From the human T2T-CHM13v2.0 reference genome, Homo sapiens, in assembly GCF_009914755.1 (NCBI RefSeq), contig NC_060937.1: a DNA stretch of 64,000 nt. One strand, 5' to 3'. Shown here piece by piece: positions 25,870 to 40,682 of the stretch (positions within the stretch are counted from its first letter, which is position 1; every line of letters starts with the position of its first letter). A program made the translations under genes and the position numbers. The notes below the pieces were generated by a model. That model saw only the letters and a program-made list of their open reading frames with translations, was not told where the DNA came from and did no database searches.

Positions 25870-26410
25870 CTTCTGAAAGATTAATTCTATAGCAAGGCCT
25901 ATAACAAGCTGGGCTTATTCAGCACCAACTCCTCAGCACAACTCCTGCCTATTTATCTAACTTAACCTCCCGTTCCTCTCTACCTTGTATTTGTTTCTCC
26001 AGCCACACGGGTCTTCTCGCATCTCTGTGAATACCCCAAGCTTGTTCCTGACTCAGTACCTTTGTGCATGCCACCCTTCACCTCATCTGTTCCTCTCCCG
26101 GATCTTCACGTCATTAACTTCTGCTCAAATGGCACCTCTTCAGAGGGCCTTTCCTCTCAACACCTCACACTGTCACTCTGCAGCCGTCATCGCTTAGATC
26201 ACTACCAGTTGTTGTACGATGTAATCATGGACTTACTTGTGTGTTGTGTCTCTCCCATTAGAATATGAGCTTTATGATGGCAAACACTTTGGTCGCCATG
26301 ACACCCCCAGTGACAAAGTAGTTCTCTTTTATAACAGATGTTTAAGGGAGCAAGTACTAAAATATATATATATATATTAAGCACACAGGAGCTTTCCATG
26401 AATAAAATGA
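25870..26410 (+). mobile_element. L2 LINE 3' portion
   Basis: ctccagccacacgggtcttct; gctcaaatggcacctcttcagagggccttt; cattagaatatgagcttt. Confidence 0.7.
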
Positions 26411-26419
26411 GTTAACAAT

Positions 26420-26640
26420 CATTGCAGGCCAATTACACACAGGCAAGACATTGGACTTTTTATGCGCTCCAACTCACTGAATCTTCACAGTTGTCCTGTG
26501 AGCAAGAAGTTGTCATCTTCACTTTACAGAACAGAGATCAACAGCATTAACTTGCCACGGTAATAGCTAGGAATTAATAGTCAGAATTTCAACTCTGGTT
26601 GTTGGGTGGAAAGCACGCACGCTCAGCCTTACGCCATACT
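26420..26640 (-). mobile_element. MIR SINE
   Basis: aatcttcacagttgtcctgtgag...cactttacaga...taacttgcc. Confidence 0.65.
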
Positions 26641-27919
26641 GAACAGCATTTTGTGAGAAATGAGACTTAAATTTGGCACTGGACATTGCATGGAGATGGC
26701 ACGATCTGCAGGGCTGGAGGAACTTTGTTCGTGTTCCACAGTGGGGATAGAGGAAGGAAAGTAGTTGCAAAGGGATAGTGAATGTTTCCGACACCATAGT
26801 CCACAAAGCACTCTTGGAGTGGGGAATGGTGATTTCTATAGCCCCTACCACAGCTGTCCAGGCTCACTGATGCTTGTAGAGAAGTGTCCTCAGAATCACC
26901 AAATATTTGGTATCTGCCCACTTGTAAGCCTTGCCCTGGGTAAATAAACCACCTAAGGAATGTGGTATGACATAACCTACACAAGACTTTTCCTTCAGAC
27001 GCTTGTCATCATGACAAAACCTCTTTTTCATTACTACTGATGTCAACATCCCCAGTGCAATTAGAATTTGGGGAAATCATATTTTTGTTGTATAATTCAG
27101 TCAGGCAAATGCTATAACTACAGCTATTGCTATTAGCCCATTGACTTACAGCCCTAAAACACCCAGCTTAATTATACTCACTCAAGGAAAACACACAGTA
27201 GTGGTAAGTAAACATCACTGAACCTATGGAAGGCCATATTTACTTCATCTTTCCTTTCAAAGATGTTTATTTTTTAAACAATATAAGATTGTTAAACTCA
27301 GGATGTATTCAAAATATCTTAATTTTCTCACTTGCAGGGACTTTACAAATACCCCTTACAATTTCCTACCCCATAGAAAAAAGGATCATAAGTGGTACAT
27401 GGGAAACATGTGTCCATTTCACTTACAGATCTGCCATTCCCATTTTAAAGCAGGACAGATAGACAGCTCTCTCATGGGTTGCATATCCTCAGCCTGAGTG
27501 GCAGTGTGCTGGCAGAAAACACAATCGACTGCTTCCCGCTTTGCTACCTCTTTGTTCCTTTATTGGCAGAAGGTTTTTGTCTTCCTTCATTTTCCACAAG
27601 AAAGTTCCTTTGTGTCTTTCTTTCTATTCATCTCTTTATGTTTTAGTATCTTCTAATACTGAAATAACCCCTTTTAAATTACAGTGTGGGTCTGTATTTA
27701 ATGTCTCTGTGACTGCTGAGGATGCTGCATAAAATAAGTCCCAAATTAACAGCCGGACCCTGCCCTCTCCAAGTTACAGAGTAACATTCACAACCTTGTT
27801 GAGTTCTTGGCTGACATCCTTACCGGGTTTGGAAGGAGCAAGGATAATCAATCCGTTTTATAGATAAAGAAAGTCCATTTTGATATAAACGAATGGAGAG
27901 GACTAATCCACAATGTACA

Positions 27920-28145
27920 GTAATTAACATTTATCATGTTCTCAACATATACCAAGTATATACGTTATATACAGTATCTAATGCTCACAAATGCTCATAA
28001 CAGCCTTTAATGTTGTTATTATTATTACAATTTAATAATCTGAGGCAACTTGGGCACTGTTGAAAGGTCTGTTTGTCTAGTAAGTGACAGAGCCAAAAAT
28101 CTGAACTCAGTTTTGTCTGTTCTGAAGCCAACCCTTTAATTGCAT
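27920..28145 (-). mobile_element. MIR SINE
   Basis: taacatttat...ctagtaagtgacagagcc...tgaactcagttttgtctg. Confidence 0.65.
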
Positions 28146-28987
28146 TTCTTTATTGTCTTTTAATAAAGGAAGGTAGAATCTTATCAATGGATGAACACAT
28201 TTATTGGTTATCTAACATAGGAAGGTATTATTAATATGTTAAGAACTTGGAGAAATTGGATATCAACAAAAGCAATGATAATGAACATTATTTGATAATA
28301 TATGTTCAGTACCAAAATATGCTTACTCACAACAGGGATATTCAGAGCCTACTCATCCCGGCTCCAGAAAGCCCATTTTTAAATTTTAATGAATTTTTCA
28401 AACTAGTTGTTGAAAACAGACGTTATTAAAAGTTAAATTATATAAATTTAGATTATATTAAAAACAAAGATAAATATGTAAATCACATTGCTTCCTAATT
28501 ATTGTACTTTGTTGTACTGCTGTCTGCGCTCTTGAGATTTATTCCACTAGGCATTGCTGTACAGTGGAAGTACTACATAACAGCACGCTGCTGTGCCTCT
28601 CTTCCTAACCCTGTGTTCAGTGATGCCACATAAGGAGCTTGAAGTCAGCCATAACGGGAGTATTTACACCACAGAAACTGGCAAAAAAATATAGATCAGG
28701 GCTTGACTTATGATTTTGTTGACCGTCTAATCTTTAAGTGATGGAGAAAATGTCAATAAACCACATTAAATTAAAAAGTGCTTCATATATGTAGCTGTTA
28801 CAATTTGAGTAGCATGACAAATGAGGAAATCTTCCTCCAGTATTCAAAAACCATCACCTAATTTGGGAAAGAATTTGCTGATATCATTGACTTGACAAAT
28901 GAGTAAAGTTTTAATACATATCTTCAATGCTTCATTTTCTCCTTACTTGTTAATGTAACTGAAAATAACAACCAATAAAAGTTGGGA

Positions 28988-29036
28988 CTACCCTTGTTTG
29001 TCAGTTGCAACTATCCTTGTTTGTCAGTTGCAACTA
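28988..29036. repeat. 23-bp tandem duplication
   Basis: ctacccttgtttgtcagttgcaa / ctatccttgtttgtcagttgcaa (22/23 identical). Confidence 0.95.
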
Positions 29037-29217
29037 CGGTTTGACTACAGATATAGGAGTTTGCAAGAATCAGCAAAAGCATCCATGAAAATCAATGGAC
29101 AATATGGAATTAACCATAAAGATTATTGTATATTTCTATTTTTGTAAAGTGCATGCTACACATCCTTCATATCAGTAAAATGTATACTAAGCTTAGGGAT
29201 GCATCTAAGTCTGTTGT

Positions 29218-29569
29218 TGTATTAGTCTGTTTTCACACTGTTATAAAGAACTTCCCTGAGACTAGGGAATTTATCAAGAAAAGAGGTTTAATTGACTCAC
29301 CATTCCACATGGCTGGGGAGGCCTCAGGAAACTTAAAATTACGGCGGAAGGGGAGGCAGGCACCTTCTTCACAAGGCCACAAGAGAGACAGAGAGACAGA
29401 AGGGGGAAGAACCCCTTACAAAACCATCAGATTTCATGAGAACTTACTCCCTGTCACAAGAATGGCATGGGGAAACCACCTCCATGAGCCAGTCACCTCC
29501 CTCCCTTGACATGTGGGGATTACAATTCGAGATGAGATTTGGGTGGGGACACAGAGCCGAACCATGTTA
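29218..29569 (-). mobile_element. THE1D/MSTA-like MaLR solo LTR
   Basis: tgtattagtctgttttcacactg...gagatttgggtggggacacagagcc; perfect TSD GTTGT at 29213-29217 and 29570-29574. Confidence 0.92.
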
Positions 29570-30989
29570 GTTGTTAACCATTTATGTATTCATACCACAG
29601 GATTTGGTAGGAATAAGACCGTTGTGACTACTGTGATCTCTCCTCCCATGGGGCATAAAGTCATTTAACTAATAATAGGGAATTTAGAATACTTGATCCA
29701 TCTAACATATTCTTAATATTTGGAGAAAATATGAGTGTGTAAAAGAGCTATCCTGAGCACTAATGAGGCTTCAAAATTGTTTCTTCTGCTTTTTTTTTTT
29801 TTTCTGCTTTGAATTTGATATCATCTAGGCTCTAGAAGAAACCTCTGGGATAGTTTTAAGGGCCCTCAGAGAATCATTGAAATGGGTATCTCTCCTTGAT
29901 CTTGAGAAACTGTGGTAGGGAACTCTCCTATCTGTGAAGAGGTCAGCGACCCATTTCCCATCACTGGAGGCCCTGAGGTGGCCAGGCATGTGCAGGTGTT
30001 TCTGCAGAGCAAACCATTGCCTGTGAGTCATGTGACCACAGAAAGGCTGGCTTTGGAGGACTGTAGGGACTGTGATGGTGGTGGGAGGTAGGGGATGGGG
30101 GGTGGTGATGCAGCACTTTGGAGAGCTTCAGAGCTTTCCTGTGGCCTCTGCAAGTCTTTCTCCTACCAGGAGTAGAATAAGAGGGAGAATTCAGCTCTCA
30201 GCAACTCATGCTTCGCTAGAAGTATTTAGCAAGTTGCAGAGCTCCTTTACATAGTGAAATAGGCTTCTGTTGCAATTAATAAATAGTGAAAGGTCACATT
30301 TTATATAAACAGTAAACAAATATATAAGTGAGTCCAGTCCAGTTCATATTGAATGGGAGTAGCTTTGGGAGAAGATAATTTGCTTCACATAGAATATACT
30401 TTTGGGAAACAATGTACCCTCTCATTTGGTAATGGCAAAAGACCGCAAAGCAAATTTTGTTCTGACCTTATTGGTCATCTCCATACATCTCCATGTATCT
30501 GATTATAGGTAAAATCAATAGAAATTAGATGATATTTTAATAACTTCTAATGACATAAATGTGGGCATTATTTTTATATTTTATTGTTAATTTTAGATTG
30601 CTAAATCTGTATTTCAAGCAAAATGAACATCGTTTTGTTTTTACAATGAAGGATCTAACTCATATTGCCTCCACGACACATTTGAAATCTAAGATAAAAC
30701 ACAACGTTTACATTGCCATATCCCGTTCCTGCAGCTAGAGAGAGGTAATGGCCTCTGAGTCAAAAGTTCATAATTAGTTGGTAAGATTGGTCAAATCTAC
30801 AATCACAAAATTTAATTAGGCTAAGCAAAAAGTCCCTTCCCCAGCCCACAACCTAACTGTGTAAATACATGAAATGTTATGTATTTACCCACAGCTAACT
30901 AGATAAGCTTGATATAATCCATCACGGTGATGCAGAAGCCAATATGCTGCAGTGATCTTGGCACTAACGACATTGCACGAAGAGTACTG

Positions 30990-31240
30990 AGCTCCTTTCT
31001 TATCCTATATTGACAAAATAAAAAAGCTTCCAAAAGCAGGAAGACTAGAATGATGAGTGGCCTACCAAAAGAAACATGTTTATGAAAGGCTTAAGGAATT
31101 GAGGATGTTTAGATGAAACATGTTTATGAAAGGCTTAAGGAATTGAGGATGTTTAGATGGCACAGACACAGAAAGAACTCTAAGCTGCCTTTCAATACTT
31201 GAAGTATGCTCATGATGAAACAGGATGTGTGGCTCCCTAT
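30990..31240 (+). mobile_element. L3/CR1 LINE relic (ORF2 C-terminal region)
   Basis: gactagaatgatgagtggccta...tatgaaaggcttaaggaattgaggatgtttag...ctgcctttcaatacttgaag resembles the CR1 motif TRM.RGL...YEERLKELG.FSL...VFKYLKG. Confidence 0.6.
31071..31158. repeat. Perfect 44-bp tandem duplication
   Basis: gaaacatgtttatgaaaggcttaaggaattgaggatgtttagat at 31071-31114 and 31115-31158. Confidence 0.97.
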
Positions 31241-31241
31241 G

Positions 31242-31307
31242 ACAGGCGTGAGCCACTGCGCCCTGCCCAGGTATTTCTTTATAGCAATGGGAGAACAGAC
31301 TCATATA
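31242..31307. mobile_element. Fused remnants: Alu 5' tip (minus) and MST/THE1 LTR 3' tip (plus)
   Basis: acaggcgtgagccactgcgccctgcc followed by caggtatttctttatagcaatgggagaacagactcatata. Confidence 0.8.
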
Positions 31308-32179
31308 CCATGTATATGACTCATTGATTGTCACATGTTTAAGGAAATCTTTCCTTCATTACATTTCCACGATTACATCTCCCCTGAACTTCTATAACCC
31401 CAGGATTTCCTTTCTGCATCAGGGGAAAGTGTGCCCTATGCTTCTGAGCTGCTCCTGGCCACGTGTGCCTTTTCCCCTTTTCCTCCATAAGCTGATAAAC
31501 TTTTTGATGTAAAGTCTTTTTCTTTATTCATCTTTGCCAAGCAGAGTGTCTTACAAGTAACGGATCTTCAATAACTATTTTCTATAACTTTACCTGGTAA
31601 TCAGGAGTCCCAGGGATCTATCACTGAAGAACTGAATTCATTGAATTTCTGCGCTGGATCCTCTGGCTTTTGTAGGTCAGAGATCAGGAAAAACCGCAAA
31701 TGCTGTGTACAATGTCCTCAAGATCTGTCACTGAGCCTCTGGGGTCTTGCAGATTTGTCTGTCCCCTGAGCCTGCTATCATGCCCACAGGACATTGAGAG
31801 GCATGAGGACATTGCTGGAGTGAGTGAGTGAATGCATGAGTTTCTTTTGTCTGACATTAGTCTAGGCCTAGACTTGTCATAGAAAAGGGAATGAACAAAT
31901 CAGTAGAAGAGTCAAAAATGACAAGTCAATTCACAATAGTTACTACCAGAAGTAAAATTAGTTGCAGTTACCTGCTTTCAAATGGTTTCCAATGTTTTTA
32001 TTAAGGTAGAGGAGGCATATATAGTTATCTGAACTTAATAACCAACTGACTAGTTTCTCACTTAGCACCTATGAGTAGTAGATAGTCCATGCAGACAGTA
32101 CAGCAGCTACTTGAAAGCGAACAATACTCCTCATCTTCAAGAGGTTTGAAAGTATCATTTACATACCAAATCACATATT

Positions 32180-32305
32180 TAACAATGAAATCCACAGCTC
32201 TACACTCCATGAGAGCAAGCACTATGTCTATTTCACTCTCTGCTTTACTGTCATTACTTGGTACTTGATAGCAACTCAATAAAGATTTTCTTCATGAATA
32301 AATTA
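32180..32305 (+). mobile_element. L2 3' tail
   Basis: ctccatgagagcaagcactatgtctatttc...ctcaataaagattttcttcatgaataaa. Confidence 0.6.
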
Positions 32306-33054
32306 GTGGTATTTGAAGAGAGGCATAGCTCTGAAACATGGAAGAGACATGGAAAGTTTAATCAAGAATATAGAACTGAATCTGGGTCTTTGTACTGCAT
32401 CATATACATAAGCTAAGATAGGAGTAGAAGTTAAAATGAAGTCGGGTTGTCATGTTCATGACTAAACCTATATCTAAGCATCCCACAGACTCCAGTTAAA
32501 TTAGGGATAATTAGTTAAGATACTCGGGATGAAGTCATCGTTAACATTGTTGCATATAGCCAATAACTAGTTCTGTGAAACTGTCTGCTGTGAATGGTTG
32601 CAAATGCACTCCAGAAGACTGAGGTTTAAAACGGTTGTCTTCTTTTGATGAGCTGCCATCATTTGTAACACAGACCCTGCATGTTGGAAATACAGTACTG
32701 TCACATTTTGAAAGTCAGGTAAGATTATTTGATATGGGCAATGTTCTGTTAAAACATGAACTTTTTCAACTTCAGTGCAACTCGCTAGCAGAGTTTTGAT
32801 TTTCAGAGCACTCATGAATTTGTGTTATAATAAAATCCCCCACTCTGATTTTCCAGCTCTGTTTCTTCCATTCCTTAATTTAACACGGAAGCAGTGATGC
32901 TTTGTAAACAGACTGATGTATTGGCTTATTTAGGATAACTTAGCAGGTCATGAAAATGTTCCTTCTCTCCTCATTGTCCTTATATTTTAAAAATCCTGAT
33001 TCTGAAGTCAGATGACCTGGACAACCATGATTTTCTGAAATTACACATGCTAGC

Positions 33055-33432
33055 TATCTGTGGCTGACAGCAGTGTGTGGCTAGCTCTGTTTTCTCCTTT
33101 CTTCCAGGGTTCTAATTTAACCACATTACCCAGGGTTAAGGAGTTAAGGAGTTCTATAAGCCTGGGTTCTAGCCGATGGAATGCAAATGACGTTAACATG
33201 CTTCTCTTCCAAGTCTGGGCTGTAAAATTTTCCCATGCACGATCCTCTCTTCTTTTCTTTTCTGTCACATTTCGAAGATGGTTATCTCCACGGGCTTATT
33301 GGAGCCTGGGTTCCTGAATCACTTCTTAGGAGAAGGTCACCTGCCCTGCATTGAATGGAAGAGTTTATTGTGCGAAGCCACTAAAATTTTGGACTGGTTT
33401 GTTAGAGTAGTTAACCTATCTGAGCTAATTCA
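33055..33432 (+). mobile_element. MLT1J-like LTR
   Basis: gttctagccgatggaatg; gcctgggttcctgaatcact; aagccactaaaattttggactggtttgtta. Confidence 0.65.
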
Positions 33433-33799
33433 TGGGTAAAATTAAAAAGTAAATAAATACAAATGTTTTAAACTTACAGTCCTGCTGTCTGAGGTTCCCA
33501 GGGGAAGGAGGCAGGTGACATCAGGGTGGAATTAGATAGAAATCTCTCTCTCATTTTACCTTCCCTCTGCTCTTACTCCACACTGTGTACCTTCCCTCCA
33601 TCCCATCTCCACGCCCATGCACCTTCCAACCTCCAGTCCCATCCCTGGATCCTGCCACATCACATGTGACCTCAGTTCCCTCGATGAATGCTGTTGGCTG
33701 CGTGGCCATTCTTCTCCTCCCCTATCCCATCAGCAATGATTTTAATTTTGCTCTACAATCTGACTCATGTACTTTGGGAGAAGCTGCCCCCGTCCTCAA

Positions 33800-34112
33800 A
33801 TCCTGATGATGGTCAAGTTCAAGGGTACTCATAGGACCAAAATGGTACAATCAGGTAAATCTCCGAACTACTGCTGGGGAGTCTGGAAGAGTGGGCTTCT
33901 CTCTCTATTTTTATGGACAGCATGATGTGCAGGACCTGCTGAGAGTGTTTTATCATCTGGGGGTAGGCAGCCTGTGAATGAAACCAACACATATTGAAGT
34001 CACACTGAGAAAATGGCAGAAGATACAGAGAACAGGGGCAGTAGCCACTGATTAAGCTGACCCTAGAGATGAACCTGCCTCTAGATTTCCAGTTACTTGA
34101 GCAAATAAATCA
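33800..34112 (+). mobile_element. MLT1K/L-like LTR fragment
   Basis: gcctgtgaatgaaaccaacaca; ctagatttccagttacttgagcaaataaatc. Confidence 0.55.
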
Positions 34113-34417
34113 CTAATTTCATTATCAAACTAATAAAATAAATATATTAGAAAGGAATCTTTACTATTGCAGTTCCAATTTGGAAATTTCAAGGCACAGG
34201 TTTATAGGCATAAGGACTTGTCTCTCCCCGCCTCTCCCGCATCCTCCATTTCAAGAGTATCCAGGTATGGAAATATATCAGGGGCAACAAATCACATTAA
34301 TTAATTTATTTGCTATTTCTGAAATTGTGTACAGGCTTAAGATCCAAATAAATAAATAAATGAATAAATAAAATTCAGCATGCTTCTACATATTGTAACA
34401 AGTAAAACAAGCTATCA

Positions 34418-34732
<315 letters not shown>

Positions 34733-35067
34733 AGCATATGGAAGCTGCAGCATTTCTTTTGGACGATGTTGGACGATGCTTATACTATACATCAAACCAA
34801 AACAATAGTCATCTCCACGTATCTGTTTCTCTGGAAGAGTTAATTCACTTCCAAAATGTATGTGTTATAGGCACAAAAACAATCATTTCCCTCAGAAAAC
34901 ATGATTTCTTTACACACATGCAGAAATGTAACTTATGATAAGAATAAGCACTGTTTATACAAATACATCAAATAGGCTACCTGATGGGATAGATGCTCCA
35001 TTTTTTCCCCAATATTATCAGGGCGAAAGACATCCCATGGAACCATATTAAGTTGCATAACCCACAG

Positions 35068-35070
<3 letters not shown>

Positions 35071-35101
<31 letters not shown>
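35071..35101. repeat. (CT)15 microsatellite
   Basis: Counted directly. Confidence 0.97.
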
Positions 35102-35104
<3 letters not shown>

Positions 35105-35355
35105 CTTAAGCAACATCACTTCATTGTACATGGGGACCAAAACAGATCATGGAAATCAAGGTGAAAAGTCACTTTACAATGTTTGCCATAATTGTAACGT
35201 ATGCACATGGTTCCCAGTGTGTGAGTATTTGGTTAACAAAGAGAATCACAGACTCGTTGCGTGTATAGGAATGATTCAGGGCTGTACCTTTAAATGTTTA
35301 ATAGTAGGAGCAAGGACCTTTAATGGGTAGCAAAGGTGAGGAAGAGTTGAGGGGT

Positions 35356-35466
35356 TTTGGTGACCATCTGTCCTGGCTTGCCAGGGACTTGCCAGAGACT
35401 TTGGAAAAGTACTGCATCCCTTGAAACCCTTCAGTCTGTTCCTGACCAAGATCATTGGTCACCCTA
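35356..35466 (+). mobile_element. MER81 (hAT-Blackjack MITE)
   Basis: ggtgaccatctgtcctggcttgccagggact...ttggtcacccta terminal inverted repeats. Confidence 0.8.
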
Positions 35467-35551
35467 GGGGAACTCCTTTTTAACCCAGCAGCAGGGCTCA
35501 ATTCTTTGTGTATAAATGTGTAGGCTCCCAACACCCCACAAAATGCTAACA

Positions 35552-35552
<1 letters not shown>

Positions 35553-35593
<41 letters not shown>
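35553..35593. repeat. (AC)20 microsatellite
   Basis: Counted directly. Confidence 0.97.
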
Positions 35594-35594
<1 letters not shown>

Positions 35595-35737
35595 CTCAGT
35601 GGACTCACAGTTGATGTGTCTATGAAATGAATCTTTGCTTGATTATTACAGAAAGCATTTTGATTCACTGAAGTTTCTGAGCATGCAGGTGACCACATAT
35701 TTTTATGGCCACTATAACCAATTTATTTGTTAATGGT

Positions 35738-36099
35738 TGATATGGTTTGGCTGTGGCCCCACCGAAATCTCATCTTGAATTGTAGCTCCCCTAATTCCCA
35801 CATGTTGTGGAAGAGACCCAGTGGGAGATAACTGAATCATGGGGGCAGTTCCCCCATACTTTTCTCATGGTAGTGAATAAGTCTCATGAGATCTGATGGT
35901 TTTATAAGGGGAAATCCCTTTCATTTGGTTCTCATTCTCTCTTTGCCTGCCACCGTGTAAGACGTGCCTTTTACCTTCCACCATGATTGTGATGCCTCCC
36001 CAGCCATGTGGAACTGTGAGTCCATTAAACCTCTTTTCCTTTATAAATTACCCAGTCTAAGGTATGTCTTCATCAGCAGTGTGAAAATGGACTAATACA
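35738..36099 (+). mobile_element. THE1B/C MaLR solo LTR
   Basis: tgatatggtttggctgtg...gaaaatggactaataca; perfect TSD ATGGT. Confidence 0.93.
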
Positions 36100-36779
36100 A
36101 TGGTCTGTACAACCCATCCAATTATATCTCTTTCCTAGGAAAATTATCCTAGGCCCTTTTCCTAGATTAAAAACATGTTGGATAAACTCAAATTTTCCCT
36201 CTGCCTAATTGATACACACAGCTACCTCACAGCAATAGCTGATGCCAATCTTTTGGTTGTGTTGGAACATGGTTCACCCGGCCTTATGGAATTGTGGCCA
36301 GCTTTAATTTGATTAATGCAAAGAGTACATCTGGTAGATTCAGATACAAATATTTTAAAAAGAAGAATGTGTCTTTAAATCTTTTTCTCCATTCGTGATA
36401 TTCAAATCCCCCAGTGTGAGAATGAGGCCATTATTTTTGTGTTATAATTTTTATTTTCCATTATGACTTCATAGAATCTTTTCAATTGTGGCAAATTAAA
36501 TTTTTTATCAATTATATTGCCAACTTAATAATTATCATGGTCATTTTATGTAAGCAATTAATTAACAAAACTGGTTTATAATCATTGGTTTATATACAGA
36601 AATGATTTGTTTCTCAGCATGTTTGTTTTAAAGACTGAATTAACTAACTTCTATCAGAAAGCCATTGGGAAAAGCATATGAGGTGAGGGAATATGGGTTG
36701 TTTTGTTTTGCTCTCCTTCATAGCTACTGCTATTGTGTAAACTTTATACAATTTACCATAAAGGGAGGAATGTGTCTTT

Positions 36780-37620
36780 CTTTTATTTGTTAATTACACA
36801 AAGAGAACATAATTTCATCTTCACTAAAAATTGTTTGGTCAGAAATATAGGGGTATATGTGAGGAAAAAAAAGGAACAAAGTGCCCTTTGCAGCAACCTT
36901 CACCGCAACCCAACATCAGTTTCGACCCCTTGCCTTAGAAGGAACAACTATTAATAGTTTGATATTTATCTTTCCAGGTGTTTTCCTGTGCATTTGTGTT
37001 TATATGCATCTGTGCAGCTACTCAGGTTTTTGCCTTTATCATTTCTAACATATGCATCGAATTACATTACTGTTATTCTATTGTTTAATTTGCTTTTTGG
37101 ATTGATGATGTTTTAGACTTTGATGGACTTTGACATTGTTCATTTTAAATAGCTGCGTGCATGCTTCATAATCTAATTAACCATTCCATGATCACTGGAT
37201 ATTCAGGTAGTTCCTGATTTTTCACTCTTTCAAACACTGTTGCACTAAATAGGCTTGCATGAAAGTTTTTGTATCACTGTAGGAGAGATTTCCTAAACAT
37301 TGTCCATCATGTGAGAAGGCAATTTACCTTTTGAAAAATGTAGTCAAACACACCTTTATGAAAGCTAGATGTTATCCACCTTTTTTATTTTGCCAATCAC
37401 TTGATTACCAAAGTGTTTTGATTCTGGCTATTTGATTATTACAAGATTAAGTAACTTTTTAATATATTTTTCACCAATTACTCTTCTTCCATGAATTGCC
37501 TATGCATAACTTTTTCTAACTTTCTATTGAGTTGCTTGTCTTCTCTGCATTGATTTGTTAAATTTCTCTAATATTCTTTATCTAGCCATATTACAGAATT
37601 TGGTTATTATTAATATTTAA
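36780..37620 (-). mobile_element. Old L1M (L1ME-like) 3' fragment
   Basis: T-rich antisense L1 motifs: tggatattcaggtagttcctgattttt; atgaattgcctatgcata; tttctattgagttgcttgtctt. Confidence 0.6.
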
Positions 37621-37712
37621 TTACCTTTGTTCACTGTATTTTTTAAAACATTAATTTAACTGCCAAATGTAAAGATTCACTTTAAACAACAATTTTAAGG
37701 CATGCTGTAGAC

Positions 37713-38025
<313 letters not shown>

Positions 38026-39788
38026 TAATGGAAACATATTTAAAGACATTTTTACAATACTTTGGTCTATGAATATGAGGTAATTTTACCCATGTAATTA
38101 ATATATTGAAATTTTTTGGTCATTTTTTTCCATAAGTAAATTATATAAACATAGACTAAATAAAAAGTATCTCATAAAGAAATCAGTACCGTAGCATCTG
38201 TGTGGCAAAGTCTAAAACTATAGAAAGGATATGATTTGCGTTTTCTCTAGGTGCTGGGAAATAGTTATTTCAGATGCTCTCTTGTTTCTTCTCTCAAGCT
38301 TCCTGAAAATAGTATAAAGTGTTATAGCCTCTATTCCTAAGATCAGTAAAGAAGACATAAAGGTTAAATGCTCTTGCAAAGCAATCTAACAAAAGGCAAG
38401 GTTCAGCAATCAGGGCGACGTAACATACAAACTGCATAAGCGAGCTGAAAAGGTGGTGAGAATCTCCTTCTTTACATTCAGATAGCTTCCTTCTATCACA
38501 CTGATGGGTGTACTCACCTGGCTAGTCCCAGGTTTACTTTGGCACAGGTAAGAAATACACGTGTTTTGTGGGTTTGTTTACATAAAGACCTATCCCTATT
38601 ATGTTATCATTTAAAATTAATGAAATTACATTTTTATTCTACAAAAGGATATAAGGTTGTTCATCACAGGTTGAGTGCTCTGTGTACACCCCACCTGGAA
38701 AATAGATGGCTACCTGTACTGTTGACAAGGTTTCACACCGTCACGCAAACATTCATTTCCTTTTTGGCATCATTTCTTCTTATTTAGGTTATTTTCTCAC
38801 TACTCTTAAGTTTCCCACCCTCTTGTTTTTGGCCTTCATTCTGTAGAAGAATTAGATCCCTATAACTACGTGTGTGTATGTAGATAAATAAACACACACA
38901 TACATGGATACACAAACATAAATACTTATATATCTAAACTATGAATACAGAAGTACAGTGTTATGGGAAAAGCACACCACAGAGGTTGACCAAAGTCCCA
39001 GCACCTCACAATGCAATTTTTAGGGTCAAAAAAACCCACAGGAAATAAAAGTATGCACAAAATCACCTATGCAAATTATTAACACAACTCCTGTCTATTG
39101 CTCAATAATACTGCAAAGTTTTCTTCAGATTAGGTTCACCATGAGTATTTCCCAGAGATATGCATGACTGTAGCATGGGCAGGGCTGTCTGGCAATGCCT
39201 TCATTTCTGATATGGGATGTACAGTACAGCCTGACTTGTAGTGTCTCTAGAACTCAACCCACCCAACTTCCTACACCAGGATGTTTACCGAGCCAGTGTT
39301 ACTTCATGTTCTCATCTGTTTGGTTTTACACCTGGGTTAACTGAGGTCCACAAGTCAAGTGTTCCACTGTAGGGCCAGGTATACAATTCAAGTTTCCCCA
39401 TAAGCACTTGGCTCTTGGCCAAGACTCCCCTCCACCATGCTTTGTGCATTTTGTTTTCCCTCAAAATAGAGCAAGCAGTCAATAAATGCTCACTGATCAC
39501 GTATTTGGACCTAACAATATGACAGAACCTAGAAATACAGTAGTTAATGTAAAGCTTACAGCCTAGGTGAGAATGTAGATACCACATAAAATTGGACCAA
39601 CGAGGTACAGTCAAGCAAAGTGATGTAAGAAGTACAAATTGATAAAAGAGAGTCTAAAGGGGATTGGAAACATGAAAGGTTGCCAGGGAGGTGGAGGGAA
39701 GGAGATGGAGGTGGGCATGACCATAAAAAAAAACAACATAAAGAATCTTTATAGCGAGAGCGCTGTGCGTTGTCTGTGGTGGTCTATA

Positions 39789-40682
<894 letters not shown>

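Larger units (their letters stand above)
28333..29600 (+). mobile_element. MER63C/D-like (hAT-Blackjack) DNA transposon, split by a THE1/MST LTR
   Basis: ttattaaaagttaaattatataaa; gggagtatttacaccacagaaactggcaaa...atcagggcttg; terminal gttgttaaccattta...accacag resumes after the LTR. Confidence 0.8.

Noticed and set aside
31071-31158. CRISPR-like direct repeat
   Set aside because: Two adjacent copies with no spacer, in primate DNA with no cas genes; a simple tandem duplication.
38512-38700. Possible minus-strand exon 38518-38694 (CAG|GTGAGT donor)
   Set aside because: Short pyrimidine tract, AT-rich body and an equally strong plus-strand donor nearby; indistinguishable from chance.
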